Assembly: GCF_964204645.1 (NCBI RefSeq)
Contig: NC_134027.1
Location: 18,748,560 to 18,812,559 of the forward strand
Length of the DNA: 64,000 bases
Direction: 5' to 3'
Origin: Tubulanus polymorphus
Taxonomy: Eukaryota; Animalia; Nemertea
Shown here in pieces: positions 35,907-47,765 of this stretch (position 1 is the first letter of the stretch; the number at the start of each line of letters is the position of its first letter). The notes under the pieces are model-generated. The model saw nothing but the letters and a program-made list of their open reading frames with translations. It did no database searches and was not told the DNA's origin. The translations under genes and the position numbers were made by a program.

Positions 35907-36338
35907 CAGCCTAGAAGTAACATAACTCATAACGCGTCCATCGTTTGTCGGAGATCATTGCGTTTTCGTTTTTAATAAAACAAAATAAAAACGCGAATCA
36001 AACTAGTTACTGCCGCGGTTCAAATTCAAAGCGTCTGGGGCGCACACATCTAATACACACACGTATTAACAGCAGCTCCCATTTTTAGAGTGCAACATCT
36101 TGTATTTGGATGACTACATGGTAAAATACACGCAGTAACATTATAAACGCCTAATAGAAGTGTTTAAAGATTCGTTGCACCCATAAGCATTCAGTGAAAC
36201 GCATAATTCTGAAACGGATATTCGTCCCTAATGAGTGTCGAACGCGTTGGGAACTAGACGCAAACAAATTACAGTATGCAGTTTGAACGATATAAAACTA
36301 AACGCAAACAAAAACAGAGTTACGTTTTTTCTAGGCTG
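35907..36338. mobile_element. Tc1/mariner-like MITE
   Basis: TA-CAGCCTAGAA..TAACTC / GAGTTA..TTCTAGGCTG-TA. Confidence 0.65.
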
Positions 36339-36357
36339 TACCATAATAGTTGATTAC

Positions 36358-36448
36358 CTGATTCAGTGAGAGTAGCAGAAAGAGGTCGTTGAGTTATATC
36401 TCCTTTACCCCGACTGTCGCACAACTTGATTAAATTTACATTTAACAC
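36358..36448 (-). CDS. CFAP20DC: CFAP20DC-like exon (VLNVNLIKLCDSRGKGDITQRPLSATLTES)
   Basis: ttcatag|...|gtaatc, 91 nt, phase 0/1. Confidence 0.8.
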
Positions 36449-37456
36449 CTATGAATAAATCCAATTATTTATATTCACTAATCATCGTATACAACTTCAA
36501 CGTGTAGATAACAGCTTCGATATACTGGAACTGAATATTTTAGGCTAACTCTTTAATGCACGCAGTTAAGCCAATAAATCAATTAAGCTCTAAAAAGAAG
36601 TACTCTAGAAGTAATCAAAATCAAGGTTTGCTAATGCGAGAGCCTAATTAACTAAACACTAAACACAACTAATGATGGTAATCTAATAGTTAGAAAATCA
36701 TCCATATTGCTCTGAATTTACAATTACCCATCAGGGATAGTTTTCAGGAGTTACCACTAAGGGAGCAGTTATTTCATATCGGCCCTGTTGATGCCTTATG
36801 AAACAAGAAACTAGGCCTATTTCAAAATTGTCAAAAATTTACAACAAATTTATCAATTCCTCTCAAATGAGTGCAATATTGATTAAGGACTCTTAGAATT
36901 TACCACATGGGTTCAAAAATCTGCAAAAGTTTACCTAAGTATCGGATATCGACATTCATTACAGCAGGGTTTAAAAGCATATCTAAATTTTAGTTGCAAT
37001 GCACACACAGCCTTTTGTCCACTGGCGGACTATGTGCTGCATAGCAATGGCATAGAATCAGAGAAAACGGTGTTATTGGTATATTTGCTGAATCATCAAT
37101 GAATTGCTTTTCACTATACTCATATAATAATGGAGATACTGAGTCATTGGACAACATATCGCATCATTCAACCCAAATAAATGAAGAAGAATGAAGGGTA
37201 TCAACTTCAAAGCTCCCATATTTGAAAATATGCAACTGACTTGGGCGAAATCAACTTAAAATGACAAGGAGTACAAAATATCTTTAAATATGTAACTAAA
37301 GAACATCTTACTGCATATTAAACAGAGAAGGCATTAGGTTTTCCATGAAATCAAGTAAAAATTACCCATGAAAATGTGAAGATGAGAGGTTTTTTAATCT
37401 TTAAATTTTTTTGTCCCCAACGATAATGAAACATAGCTCGAAAAAAGCACCTTTAA

Positions 37457-38108
37457 CCCTTTTAAGTTCAAGTTTTTTACTCTGTGACTTCCCTAGAAAT
37501 TCAATTATTTTCGGCCATTGGTGCGCTTTTGAAAACTCATATTTGAAGCCATAAAGTTCAAAAACTATCGGTCCTATAGCTTAGCAGCGAAAAAAAAGTT
37601 TGTAGACAATATTATGACCTTTCATATGATACCAGGTTCGAGTATTTTAGTTAGATAGCATTGGTCAGTATTTGTCAGATTCATCAGAGTCGGGGCCAGG
37701 ACTTGGCCTTGAGAAGGGTTTGATTTTCGTCGTCTATATCATAAATATCATCTGAACTGTTTTAAAAAGTCACTGGATTCACTGTCTATTAGCTCTAAGT
37801 CGTCTCCAAACTCATCATAAGCAAAGATTTATAATAAAACTTGATCTGTATTCATGATTTTACCTTATTTATTTCGAAAAAATGACAAATTTTGACTCAA
37901 AATTGCTCAAAAACAATGAATTGCAACCATCAAAAATTTTTACGGCGAATAATCGACAGAAACGCCATCTACCGACTAACGATGTGCTATGATGAAAACC
38001 TGTAGGTGAAACGACGATTATTTACACTTTTACAGCTCACGCCGGAGCATGAACGTAAAGCCAATGTTTTTCCGTCTCGACCTAGGGTCGAGCATGAACT
38101 TAAAAGGG
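37457..38108. mobile_element. piggyBac-like MITE
   Basis: Perfect 14-bp TIR CCCTTTTAAGTTCA flanked by TTAA at 37453-37456 and 38109-38112. Confidence 0.85.
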
Positions 38109-39471
38109 TTAACATAACATCATTAGGAGAGATATTTTGATGTTTTCAAACTAAAGCTAGTCTACCAAAGGAAACTAGGAGGCCCTCTAACCTGTGGGAA
38201 GGGAGAGGGGTCAACAGTCAACAAGTTTTTGACGAGTTAGTATGCTCTAATTCATAACATCGAAGTAAGAACTCAATGAATAGTTTTTAAGTTTGGATAC
38301 ACTTGTTTCTTAATCATTGAATCAATTTACCCTTCTGGCATTATTTCCTCTGGCATTTTTACACCCCTGGCAATTTCACCTCTGGCATTTTTACTTCTGG
38401 TATTATTACCTATGGCATTTTTACCTCTGGCATTATTACTGTGTACCGAATCTCATACATCGGCAGTGGGTCGGTCCGTCGTTTTTGTTAAAAATAAAAT
38501 TTATTTCAATGAATTATTTTGGGATGGCCTCATAAGAATATGTTATGTATGTCTAAACTGTGTATTCATTATCTAGTGTAAATAAGAATAACAGGTCCAT
38601 GTAATTAATTTTCCTCATATTTCCTTCCAGCATTTTTACCTATGGTGTGATTTTTCCTCTGGCATTTTTACCTCTGGCATCAGATACAATATCAACTGTG
38701 CAATTCACCCTGATATAAGTCATACAATTTATAATATATATCTACAATTTCATATTGAAATGTTCATAATATTCTTTATCTCTGACTACATGAAATACTT
38801 ATTAATAATCAAAATAATGATGATAATATGATATTACTAAATATAGTATTAATGTGTGCTTTAATCAACATGTCAGACTACTTAATATGCATTCATAGTA
38901 ATTAGCTCTAGTCAATGCTCATCAATAAGTAATTTGTGTGTCTAAAACATGTCACTAGGTGTTAGTTTGTGAGTCCTCATGTCTATAACCTGTCTGACAC
39001 CTAGTTATAACATCATACTCATGATTCTGTATATAAAGACCATGTATAGTTAAAGATTGTACATATAAGGTTTCACTGCATTGTTGTTCCTGATGGATTG
39101 AATCCTGTACCGCTGTTGTAATGCTAGTTCCTCAGCCAGCCTGCCCATACAACATCCAACCGGTTACAATTTGCTCATTAATTCAAATTACAAGCATTCT
39201 TTCTGTATCAATTTTGCCAGTTTGCCATTTCATCAATTTACTTATTTTCTTGAAAATTTCAGGACCCTTCCTTTTTTGGAGTGGGTGTGTCTGGAGTTGA
39301 AAGGTGGCTTTTTATTTATACATATATAAGACACCCCTTACCATACATATAACCCATAATAAGAGTAACTACAGAAGAGTGCCATATTCTTTCTCACCCG
39401 TATAAACCGGCATCTAAAAAACCATATCTATTGTTAAGTATGAATGATTTCATCAGAGGCTTCAAATTTAC

Positions 39472-39554
39472 CTGTGTGACATGGTTCAGTTCAGTTGGTA
39501 ATTGACATTGTTTTGGAATTACATCTAAATCACTGGAACTGTTCAATGTGGCAA
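39472..39554 (-). CDS. CFAP20DC: CFAP20DC-like exon (VATLNSSSDLDVIPKQCQLPTELNHVTQ)
   Basis: tttatctag|...|gtaaat, 83 nt, phase 1/0, in frame with both neighbours. Confidence 0.85.
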
Positions 39555-39632
39555 CTAGATAAAACAATAACAAATTCTTAAATACAACAGGCCTAACAGA
39601 TAATTGATTAACAAAATGTACAGCACCAACAC

Positions 39633-40378
39633 AGCAGCTGTTAATCTGCAGTCTGTATCCTCAGACAATTGACAGACGATCGCTATCCTTAACAAGAGCC
39701 CCAAGGCTAAATTTGGTCAAGTCCAATTTAGACCTGGACCAAGCGTTCACACTAAAATATGGTTCCAAAATAGACTGGTCTAGTTTAGACCGGTCTAATT
39801 TGGCATGGTCTCAAAGAGCGATCCAGGTCCGGTCCAAATTTTGTGTAGATTGTGAGTCAAGTTTATTAAGTTTTTAATGCTTCTATTATCGTTTATGTAA
39901 TTATTTTTAAGTAGGCTTACTGTTTTTCCTCCCTATACCATGGAAATGTTTGTAGTGTAACAAATATTTGTAATCGTATGTCACGGTCATCATCCGTTTT
40001 ACTTCAATGATTTGAATCGTGTTTAAACAACACTTAAAGTTTCAGAGTGATAGAATAAAATCAAATTGGCAAAAATGTCTAAACCTGACAGTGGACCAAA
40101 TTGGTCAAATGAAAGAACATCTTGCTCTACATGGAATCTGATAGCAAGACTTCATCCAGGCCCAGTTAATCATTTAGCAGATTAGCTTGTAGGCCCAGTG
40201 ACAAGCGATTCTATCACGCGTGTCTAAACTCAGTGCGAACACTCATCAAAATTTGGTCGGGTCTTAATTTGGACCGGACCCGGTATGGACCCATTTAGAC
40301 CGGTCTAACTAGTTGACTTGTGAACACGGTTATTGATCGTCTCAAGGAGTGGGTACAGACAGCAGATTGACAGCTGCT
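39633..40378. mobile_element. MITE-like inverted-repeat element, probably with a nested insert
   Basis: AGCAGCTGTTAATCTGCAGTCTGTA / TACAGACAGCAGATTGACAGCTGCT imperfect inverted ends. Confidence 0.5.
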
Positions 40379-40448
40379 AGCATTATTTATATTAAATTTT
40401 AATGTGCATGTGTGTTTTAAATTTATCATAATACAATTTTGATATTAC

Positions 40449-40605
40449 CATCATCAGAAGTTGTATCCATTGGTTGAACTTTCATCGTAAAAATACGTCG
40501 TATTCTACAATTAGCACAAACTGTTAAACTTTCAATAGCTTTAAACGTTTGTAATTTCCAAGTTCCACCAATAAATGACACCATGTCTAAACACAAGTTC
40601 ATCCA
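40449..40605 (-). CDS. CFAP20DC: CFAP20DC-like exon (WMNLCLDMVSFIGGTWKLQTFKAIESLTVCANCRIRRIFTMKVQPMDTTSDD)
   Basis: tttatag|...|gtaata, 157 nt, phase 0/1. W.NLC.D and ANCRIRRIFT are CFAP20-domain motifs. Confidence 0.92.
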
Positions 40606-41215
40606 CTATAAATAGAAAACATAAATTCTTACCATAAGTAAGCTTTGATGTTTTGCTTTGAAAGAATTTCTTTGATTTGAAAAAATATCAGATGAAAAAG
40701 TCAGACTTCCAAGCTGTTGAATGAAACATATACTGACACCCTACACAAGGGGTTTAGAGACATCATGCCCTCGTGGTGGAATGCTTGACAATCTGAGAAT
40801 TTCAATATTTGATACCCCTTGGGAGCAAAATGGGGAAGCCAAAGATGATAAAAACCACACTCATGGAATATTCCATGAGCTACTTACGATCTAGCATTTG
40901 AGAGTATGACAAAAATGCATAAAAGCCAACATAAATGGGAAACCATGTTTTTCAATGGTCCCTGTCAAATATACAAGCTGCGTTCACACGAGAAGTTCCA
41001 TAGGGTGCTTCATAAGCCTGCTTTAGTTATGCAGATATTGAAGGTGATTTCAAGATACTCAACTGCCCCCCAATTGGTAGTTCCAATTGCCAATTCGTTG
41101 TTACAACAATAAATGTAGTTAATGTAAACAAAATAAGTTTGTCAACGTATATTGTTGAAAGTTAGCGTCCAATAATGTGAGCCAAACTGCCCATATATCT
41201 TTGTTCTTTTCTGTT

Positions 41216-42106
41216 AACTAGGGGCCCAGGGACACCATGCCCACTTGGGAAGTGGTTTGAAATGCTCAACAAACAGAAAATTCCAATATTCAATGCCCCC
41301 TAGTAAACATATCAAGAAAACTCACCACACTCATAGAACATGTTACTAGCTATACGATCATGCAATTGATTGTGGATACAAAATGTGCCCATATCAAAAT
41401 TAAAACATGAAACCAAAAGCCCTATACATGCACGGTGTTCTCGCTGAGAGGTTTAAGCACAGCGGCCTGCCATGCTACGGCACTTTACCGCCACACTTAT
41501 AAAACATACGCCATGCTTAAAAAAATGATCGGCGGTTTATTTACTTATCTGGCTTTCTAAAACTGTCAGGTTCACATGCTCAATTTTATTACTGGCGCAT
41601 CAATAATTGTATAAACACATACTTCATAGCTCCATGTCACTTAGTAACACTCTATATGTTAATAATTGTATAGTTTCGCGCGAGCGGGAGCACGTACTGA
41701 TCTGCCGGCGATAGGAGTATAACTATCAAGAATTTCAAGGAAAAATCACAAACCATTCGGACGCTACAAACCTCGGAATTCAGGGGAAAATGACCTTTTT
41801 GAGCACAAAAAAAGGTCACAGAAAGCCCATCTTCTGTCTGGTTTACCCAATTTTGATCATGCTAATATGTACAATAGGGGGATACAAACATGTGTGAAAG
41901 ATCAAGATAATCGATAGAAGCTTCTCTTGAAAATTTCCCTTGAAAATTTGTAAAATGTGCTGCTTTTGGGGAACAAAAATAGCGGTCACTCAGCCATCTA
42001 AAATTTGATTTGGCCACTTTTTGGGCTGAAGATGTGTCCAGGGTAGATACATGTATAAACCAAGACAATCCATCAAGACGAAAGAACGAACGAACAAACG
42101 CAATAA
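41216..42106 (+). mobile_element. Diverged, interrupted HINE-like copy (further relics near 1520-2150, 42893-43560 and 61215-61345)
   Basis: AACTAGGGGCCCAGGGACACCATGCCCACTTGGGAAGTGG start and degenerate 3' module. Confidence 0.55.
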
Positions 42107-42397
42107 AAAAGATTACCAAATTACGGTATAACTCGCTTAATTTGGATTGATTTCTTTGGATTTTCACGATTTCGGACTAAAATTGCAGTCCCCTCCCTAT
42201 AGGTTATTTCTTTTCAAATGAGAGCGCACAATTCTGATTTCGTTTAATTCTGACAAATTCCCAGGTGATCCGAATTAAGTGAGTTCTACTGTAAATACCT
42301 CTGATGTTCATATGAATTGACTACATCTTGGACGAATGTCCATCAAATTATGGGCTGTGAGAAAAACATAAACGTAAATGTAAGAAAAACGTTTTAC

Positions 42398-42512
42398 CAT
42401 GGATCGTTTAATGTAAGTTAATGGTACTTTAGCATGCAAAGGAGTAGTCACTGTTTCCTTCAGAGCAGTTGAGAACACCAATCTACGTTTGTTGTTTCCC
42501 ATATCCTTCAAT
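42398..42512 (-). CDS. CFAP20DC: CFAP20DC-like exon (LKDMGNNKRRLVFSTALKETVTTPLHAKVPLTYIKRSM)
   Basis: ttttgcag|...|gtaaaa, 115 nt, phase 2/0. KRRL..ST..KE...TPLHAK.PL motif; overlaps track ORF 42308-42511. Confidence 0.92.
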
Positions 42513-42635
42513 CTGCAAAAACAATAGAATCCTTTTTAAGTTTCTTAAAGCCTGCTGATGACTTATGGGCAACATAGAAAAGAATAGAGTTGGTTCAGTT
42601 GAAAAAAGAATATTTGCGCTAACTTCAGAACGTAC

Positions 42636-42708
42636 CCAATCTCAATAGCAAAATCTTGTCCTTTGGGAATGAAAACTTGAAAAACCAAAAACCTCTGTAT
42701 CAGCATCA
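42636..42708 (-). CDS. CFAP20DC: CFAP20DC-like exon (LMLIQRFLVFQVFIPKGQDFAIEIG)
   Basis: cttcag|...|gtacgt, 73 nt, phase 1/2. LIQRFLV.Q...P.GQDF motif. Confidence 0.9.
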
Positions 42709-42795
42709 CTGAAGATAGATACCATATTCATAATATTATATATCAATAACCTTTGATCATATTTAAGCCAGGGACACCGGACGAGGGTCTTGTCA

Positions 42796-42856
42796 ATTGC
42801 GTAGGGCATTTAAATGCTAATTCACAGTGAATTAGCATTTAAATGCCCTACGCAAT
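42796..42856. repeat. Perfect palindrome with 30-bp arms and a 1-nt centre
   Basis: ATTGCGTAGGGCATTTAAATGCTAATTCAC-A-GTGAATTAGCATTTAAATGCCCTACGCAAT. Confidence 0.95.
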
Positions 42857-43848
42857 ATGAATCACTGAGCATATACATGGTTACTAGAACTAAACTAGGG
42901 AAACAGGGCACAATGCCCACTTTGGATGTGGTTTGAAATAACTATCTGACAATTTCAATAGTCAATGCTCCCTCATGAACATACATGTATACCGAAACCA
43001 AGAAACTCACCACAATCATAAAGCATGTCATGAGCTACAATTTTGCATTGTACATAAAGTATGGAAATATAAAGTTATTCTACTATTCAACACATATGCA
43101 ACAACCATTACTCTAAAACTCACCACAATCATAGAAGATGTCATGGGCTGCAACTTTGCAATTGACTGTGGTTACAGAATATCCATATGTACAAATATAA
43201 ATACCACTGTATACAAATTGTATATGATTCAATATATAACTCCCCCTGGTGGCAAGAACAAAACATCGGGTGATCCCAAATTCCACATCCAAAGATGTAT
43301 TCTATGACAGTGCTAATAATAATCAAATATCAAGACTATACGTTAAAACCTGTTGACATTTTTCCTCAAAAAACCTTTCCTACCTACAAATGGTGATTGA
43401 TTACATCATGATGACCGGCAATTGCAAATTCAGGCCAAAATTGACCTTTATGGACTCAGTAAAAGTTCACACAACGGCCTTCTCGAGTTCGATTGACCAC
43501 AATTTTCATACACATTTTAACCCTTGGGGATACAAATATATAGGCCTATGAAAGGTCAAGCTGCAGTGACGTGAACAAGGTAAAAGACTTTTTGGCTGGT
43601 AGTAATCTATGCGCCCGAAGGGTACATAACGAGGCTACAGGCCCTCGTACCGCAGTGAAACAACACTCTGGCCACCCTTTGATATGGAACGAAAGACGGG
43701 AGCCCCCTCGTTATGGAAGATTTTGAATTTTTTGTGCTTCTCAGAAGCAATTTAAGGCACACTGGGACAGCTAATCATGGTACACATTTATTATAAATGT
43801 AGACAAAAATCATAAAACCAGACCTGCTGGATTGAAAAAACCCTTTAT

Positions 43849-44010
43849 TTAGGGTTTCTGCTGCCTTCGCAGAAACCCTATTGTAATTGTACTGATTATT
43901 ATTAGGGTTTCTGCTGCCTTCGCAGAAACCCTATTGTAATTGTACTGATTATTAGGGTTTTCTGACTTTCGTAGAAAACCCTCTTGTAATTCTGTTGATT
44001 ATAATTATTA
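43849..44010. repeat. Three tandem hairpin-containing repeat ends (TTAGGGTTT...AAACCCT); related end at 30127-30190
   Basis: TTAGGGTTTCTGCTGCCTTCGCAGAAACCCTATTGTAATTG occurs twice plus one variant. Confidence 0.7.
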
Positions 44011-45923
44011 TTTACTTATTTTCCATAAAATTCATCTTCTCTCGCATTCGACAACTAACAGCTACTAAAAGGAATGTTGAATTCTGATAAAAATATCACG
44101 CTCCGAATCTGCACATGGATTCTATGTATATACAGTACATCATATTTCAAACTTAAAATTGCTTACTGTCAGGCAACACCAGTGGAAATCCACCATAGGC
44201 GATCGGCAATCGGCATTCCCGCACAACTGAGAAAAAATGTATCTGGGCTAGCAATTGATTCACGAAACAAGTGGCCCACGGGCCTTGTTCCTTCATGACG
44301 CAGTAGAAGAAGAATGATTCAGTATTCAAAGTCTTACAGAGAGATTTACATTGTAACGATGTAACAAGTTTTAAAATAGTTAAGATGGTATAGGCTATGT
44401 GGCAATAATGTTCATTTTCTGTTTATATATCCCTACATGAAAAGACAAGCCCATTTTAGCTGCCCTGCAGAGATTCGAAAAAATGCAAAAAAATGCATCA
44501 AGAATTGGTGTAGGCATCATGCTGAAAAGAAATCCAAGATGGATGGCAATTGGTGTAGGCATCGTGCTGAAAAGACATCCAAGAAGGATGGCAACCCTGG
44601 TGGCCATACTTGAACTCAACTTTCAATAAGGGGTAGACATTTCACCTACCAAAATTCTTACACCTTCGAGATTCGAGATGGCTGACCTGGCGGCCATATT
44701 TTTAAGCCGATGACCTCCATATACATAAGGCATGGACAGCTTACCTACCCTGATCCTCACAACAAATTTTGTGGAAATCCATCAAGAATTGCAGGCTGCA
44801 TCGTGCAAACAAGAAATTCAAAATGGCCACCCCAATGGCAGCCATATTTGATCACCAATGACATTTTTTATAAAAGGGGTGGACATCTCTCCAGACCAAA
44901 TCTTCAAGCTAATTTTCAAGCTAAGATTCATCGCAAATTACAGGCGAATTACTGTGTCGAATTCAATTCAATTCCAGAGGGCCTGGCCTTTTTGAAAAAC
45001 CAGAAGAGATGCCTATTTAAATCACATGTAATTAAAAATTCAGTGCTTCTTAGTTTGTTGTCCCTGTTTTCATCGCGCACGTGGTTAAAATTATTGTTTA
45101 CATCGAACGTCTTCAACAGCTGATACAACTGCACCCGCGTCTGTCAACCATCTTAATTGATTCATACCCAGTATACTAAAATGCTCACCATGAAAAAACT
45201 ATGCAGTGAATCAATCCGGAATTTTTCAGTAGAATGTCAGACACTAGGTACCTTTCTTCAAAGGTTTATTTGTTGTATGTCATTAACAATCAGTTATATA
45301 ATACTTTATATATAACTTTGAAGCGGCGGGCCAACAGCGACCGCTCAAGGAAGGTCAGTAACGTAGGCCACCCATAACACGAAACGGACCACGGTTTTGG
45401 CGGTTAAGAGCGTCTCTCCACACAAATTAGAGAGACTGTAATGGACCATTTTGGCATTTTCAACAATTTAGGGAAATATTTTAAAAAAGCGAAATTTCAC
45501 ACTCTGCATTAATAAGATTAGAGTATTTATTCGTTTGACAAATCTTCCTCTGAACTCCCAACAACAAGTTATAAGTGGCAACACGAAAATGACGTCATCG
45601 ACTCCCTACCATCTTATAACCTTCATGACTACTTCATGAAGGTAAAAACATATTCGGACTAAATACGGAATGCCCGTTATTAAGAATGGTAGTAATAGGG
45701 TAAGTCTTGTTTCAGATCAAAGGTCGAAAGGTCGAGCTCATAAAAAATAAAAATGAATTCTCACACGCTCGAATTTATTTTTATTTTTCACTCACTCAAC
45801 CTTTCAACCTTAAATCTGAAACAAGACTTACCCTATAACTCTAATAATATTCATATATATGAACATTATATTAATGAATATTATATTAATGAAATCAATT
45901 TTAATAAAAGATATGTATAATAA

Positions 45924-46263
45924 ATGGGAGAGTAAACAAATACACAGTGAATTCCTAGCTAGGAATAAAGATACTACAAATGTCAAATCTGTAGATTATA
46001 AATTCAAAAAGTTAACAGAATTAACATTACATAAGAAATATTTAATTACAAATATTGAAACAATTACTAATAGATATGGTAATAAATTAGTTATTCACTT
46101 AGAATATGAAGGATTAAAAGGAAATAAATAAAAATTCAGAACATATTTACCAGATAGATTTCAAAGATTATCTAGTGAAGATCTAGAAGTGTGTTCTGGG
46201 GCTTTCTATTTCATATACAAAGGTAACAATGAAAAAGGATGTCATGATATAGATTTCGAATAA
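45924..46263 (+). pseudogene. Decayed small ORF (KKLTEL..KKYLI....TNRYG....FRTYLPDRF...YKG)
   Basis: Frame continues through a single stop at 46129-46131. The pattern resembles small Polinton-associated proteins (from recollection only). Confidence 0.45.
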
Positions 46264-46287
46264 TATAAAAAAAAATATGTATAATAA

Positions 46288-47045
46288 ATGGTAGAATTAA
46301 AAGAATATAGAATATTTGTTGATTCAAGAAGACTCACAAATTATAAATCTCATAATTTACTAGTACAATTAGATAGAAAATTTAGAAATTGTGTAGATTT
46401 AAGATTAATAAATATTAGTTAATGTAACTCATTTTACAATATATCAAATAAAACTATTGAACATAGAGCCTTTATAATTTTTAATAAAAATAAAAATGAA
46501 TGGTTCTATATATATTTAAAACAAGGGTTATATAATTTAGATACATTATCACAAGACATTAATAGAAAGACCTGGCACAAATTAGGTAGTGATTCCGGAT
46601 TTAACATTAGATTTTTTTAAAGTGATAGTTCTGATTAAATTAAGATAAGGTTAACTCATAGTGAAAAACATAAATTTATGGTAAAAAACCTATAGCTAAA
46701 CTGTTAGGAATTCCTCCAGATATATCTTTAACAAATATTGATGCTACACCAAACTTAATACCTTACACACATTTTTATATTCATTGCAATTTAATTCATC
46801 CTACAAAAACATTTGAAGCAACTAAAGATACAACTTGTAATTCTAGTATATTAAATATTTTACCATTGAAGAATGTTAAAGAATTTGGAACGCATATACA
46901 TTATAATTTAACAGAATGTGATTTTAAGCCTTGCATTTCACAATTTAATAATTTTGAGTTAGAAATTAGAAATCACAATGGATACTTAATTGATTTGAAT
47001 AACTTTCCTGTAATTTATGAATTAGTTGTAAGATGTAGAGAATAA
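46288..47045 (+). pseudogene. Polinton/adintovirus minor capsid (penton)-like pseudogene
   Basis: Manual translation across 3 stops and 1 frameshift: IFVDSR..NSFYNI..LKQGLYNLDTL..IN..AKLLG..FYIHCNLI..IL..LP....FG..I.Y..ELEIRNHNGYLIDLNNFPVIYEL. Motif order is typical of single jelly-roll minor capsid proteins. Confidence 0.7.
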
Positions 47046-47412
47046 TTAATAATTTTTTTATAATGATAAATATGAATATAACAGTAGGACCGAGTATATG
47101 TTTTGGGTTTGATTTTAAACATGGTAAAGAAATGAGAATTAAACTAAATGATGTAATTACTGATATTAAAAGTTAATCATTTAATAATGCATCAATGATT
47201 AATAAAGATATTATAATATAGAAAAAGTAATTGATTTAATTAAAACATCTTTAGAATATTATGAATTAAATGAAGATGGAATTATCGATGAAATTTAAAA
47301 CATATTATCTAAAATATATGATAATCATAAAAGTAGTAATGAAATTAATTTTGAAATAATTATTAATAAGATAACTAAATATTTTGAAGAGAGTAATTTT
47401 TTTGATAAATAA

Positions 47413-47764
47413 ATGAGTGATAATAAGTGGATAATAACTGGATTATATAATGGAGCATTACTATCAGTGGGAACAGTTGGTTATACAATGTTATTGAAGA
47501 AAGTATTCAAAATGGGAAATATTAATGTTGATAGATTTGATATAAATGATATTTTGAAATTAACGTTAGCAGTTACTTTATCTAATTTAACTATTGATTA
47601 TTTGGAAAAATAAAAATATATTCCGCCTATTAATGCGTAATTTTTTACTAAATAAAAGGCATCTGCAATTATAACTATTATAGGATCGGCAATTGTTGAC
47701 GCTTTAGCATTTACTGGCGGGGGATATTTATTAAAGCATATTTATAAAAATGGTTCATTATCAG
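47413..47764 (+). pseudogene. Two small hydrophobic ORF remnants (MSDNKWIITGLYNG...; ASAIITIIGSAIVDALAFTGGGYLL...)
   Basis: Tandem compact ORFs, one with a stop and one lacking its ATG; they resemble small genes of invertebrate Polinton-like elements (from recollection only). Confidence 0.45.
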
Positions 47765-47765
47765 A

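Larger units (their letters stand above)
45691..47764 (+). mobile_element. Polinton-like fragment related to the 12614-29287 element
   Basis: Starts AGTAATAGGG..CAAAGGTCGAAAGGTCGAGCTC and shares the TCACACGCTC-loop hairpin; AT-rich, intronless, compact ORF remnants; cut off by a HINE-like insertion at 47766. Confidence 0.75.
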
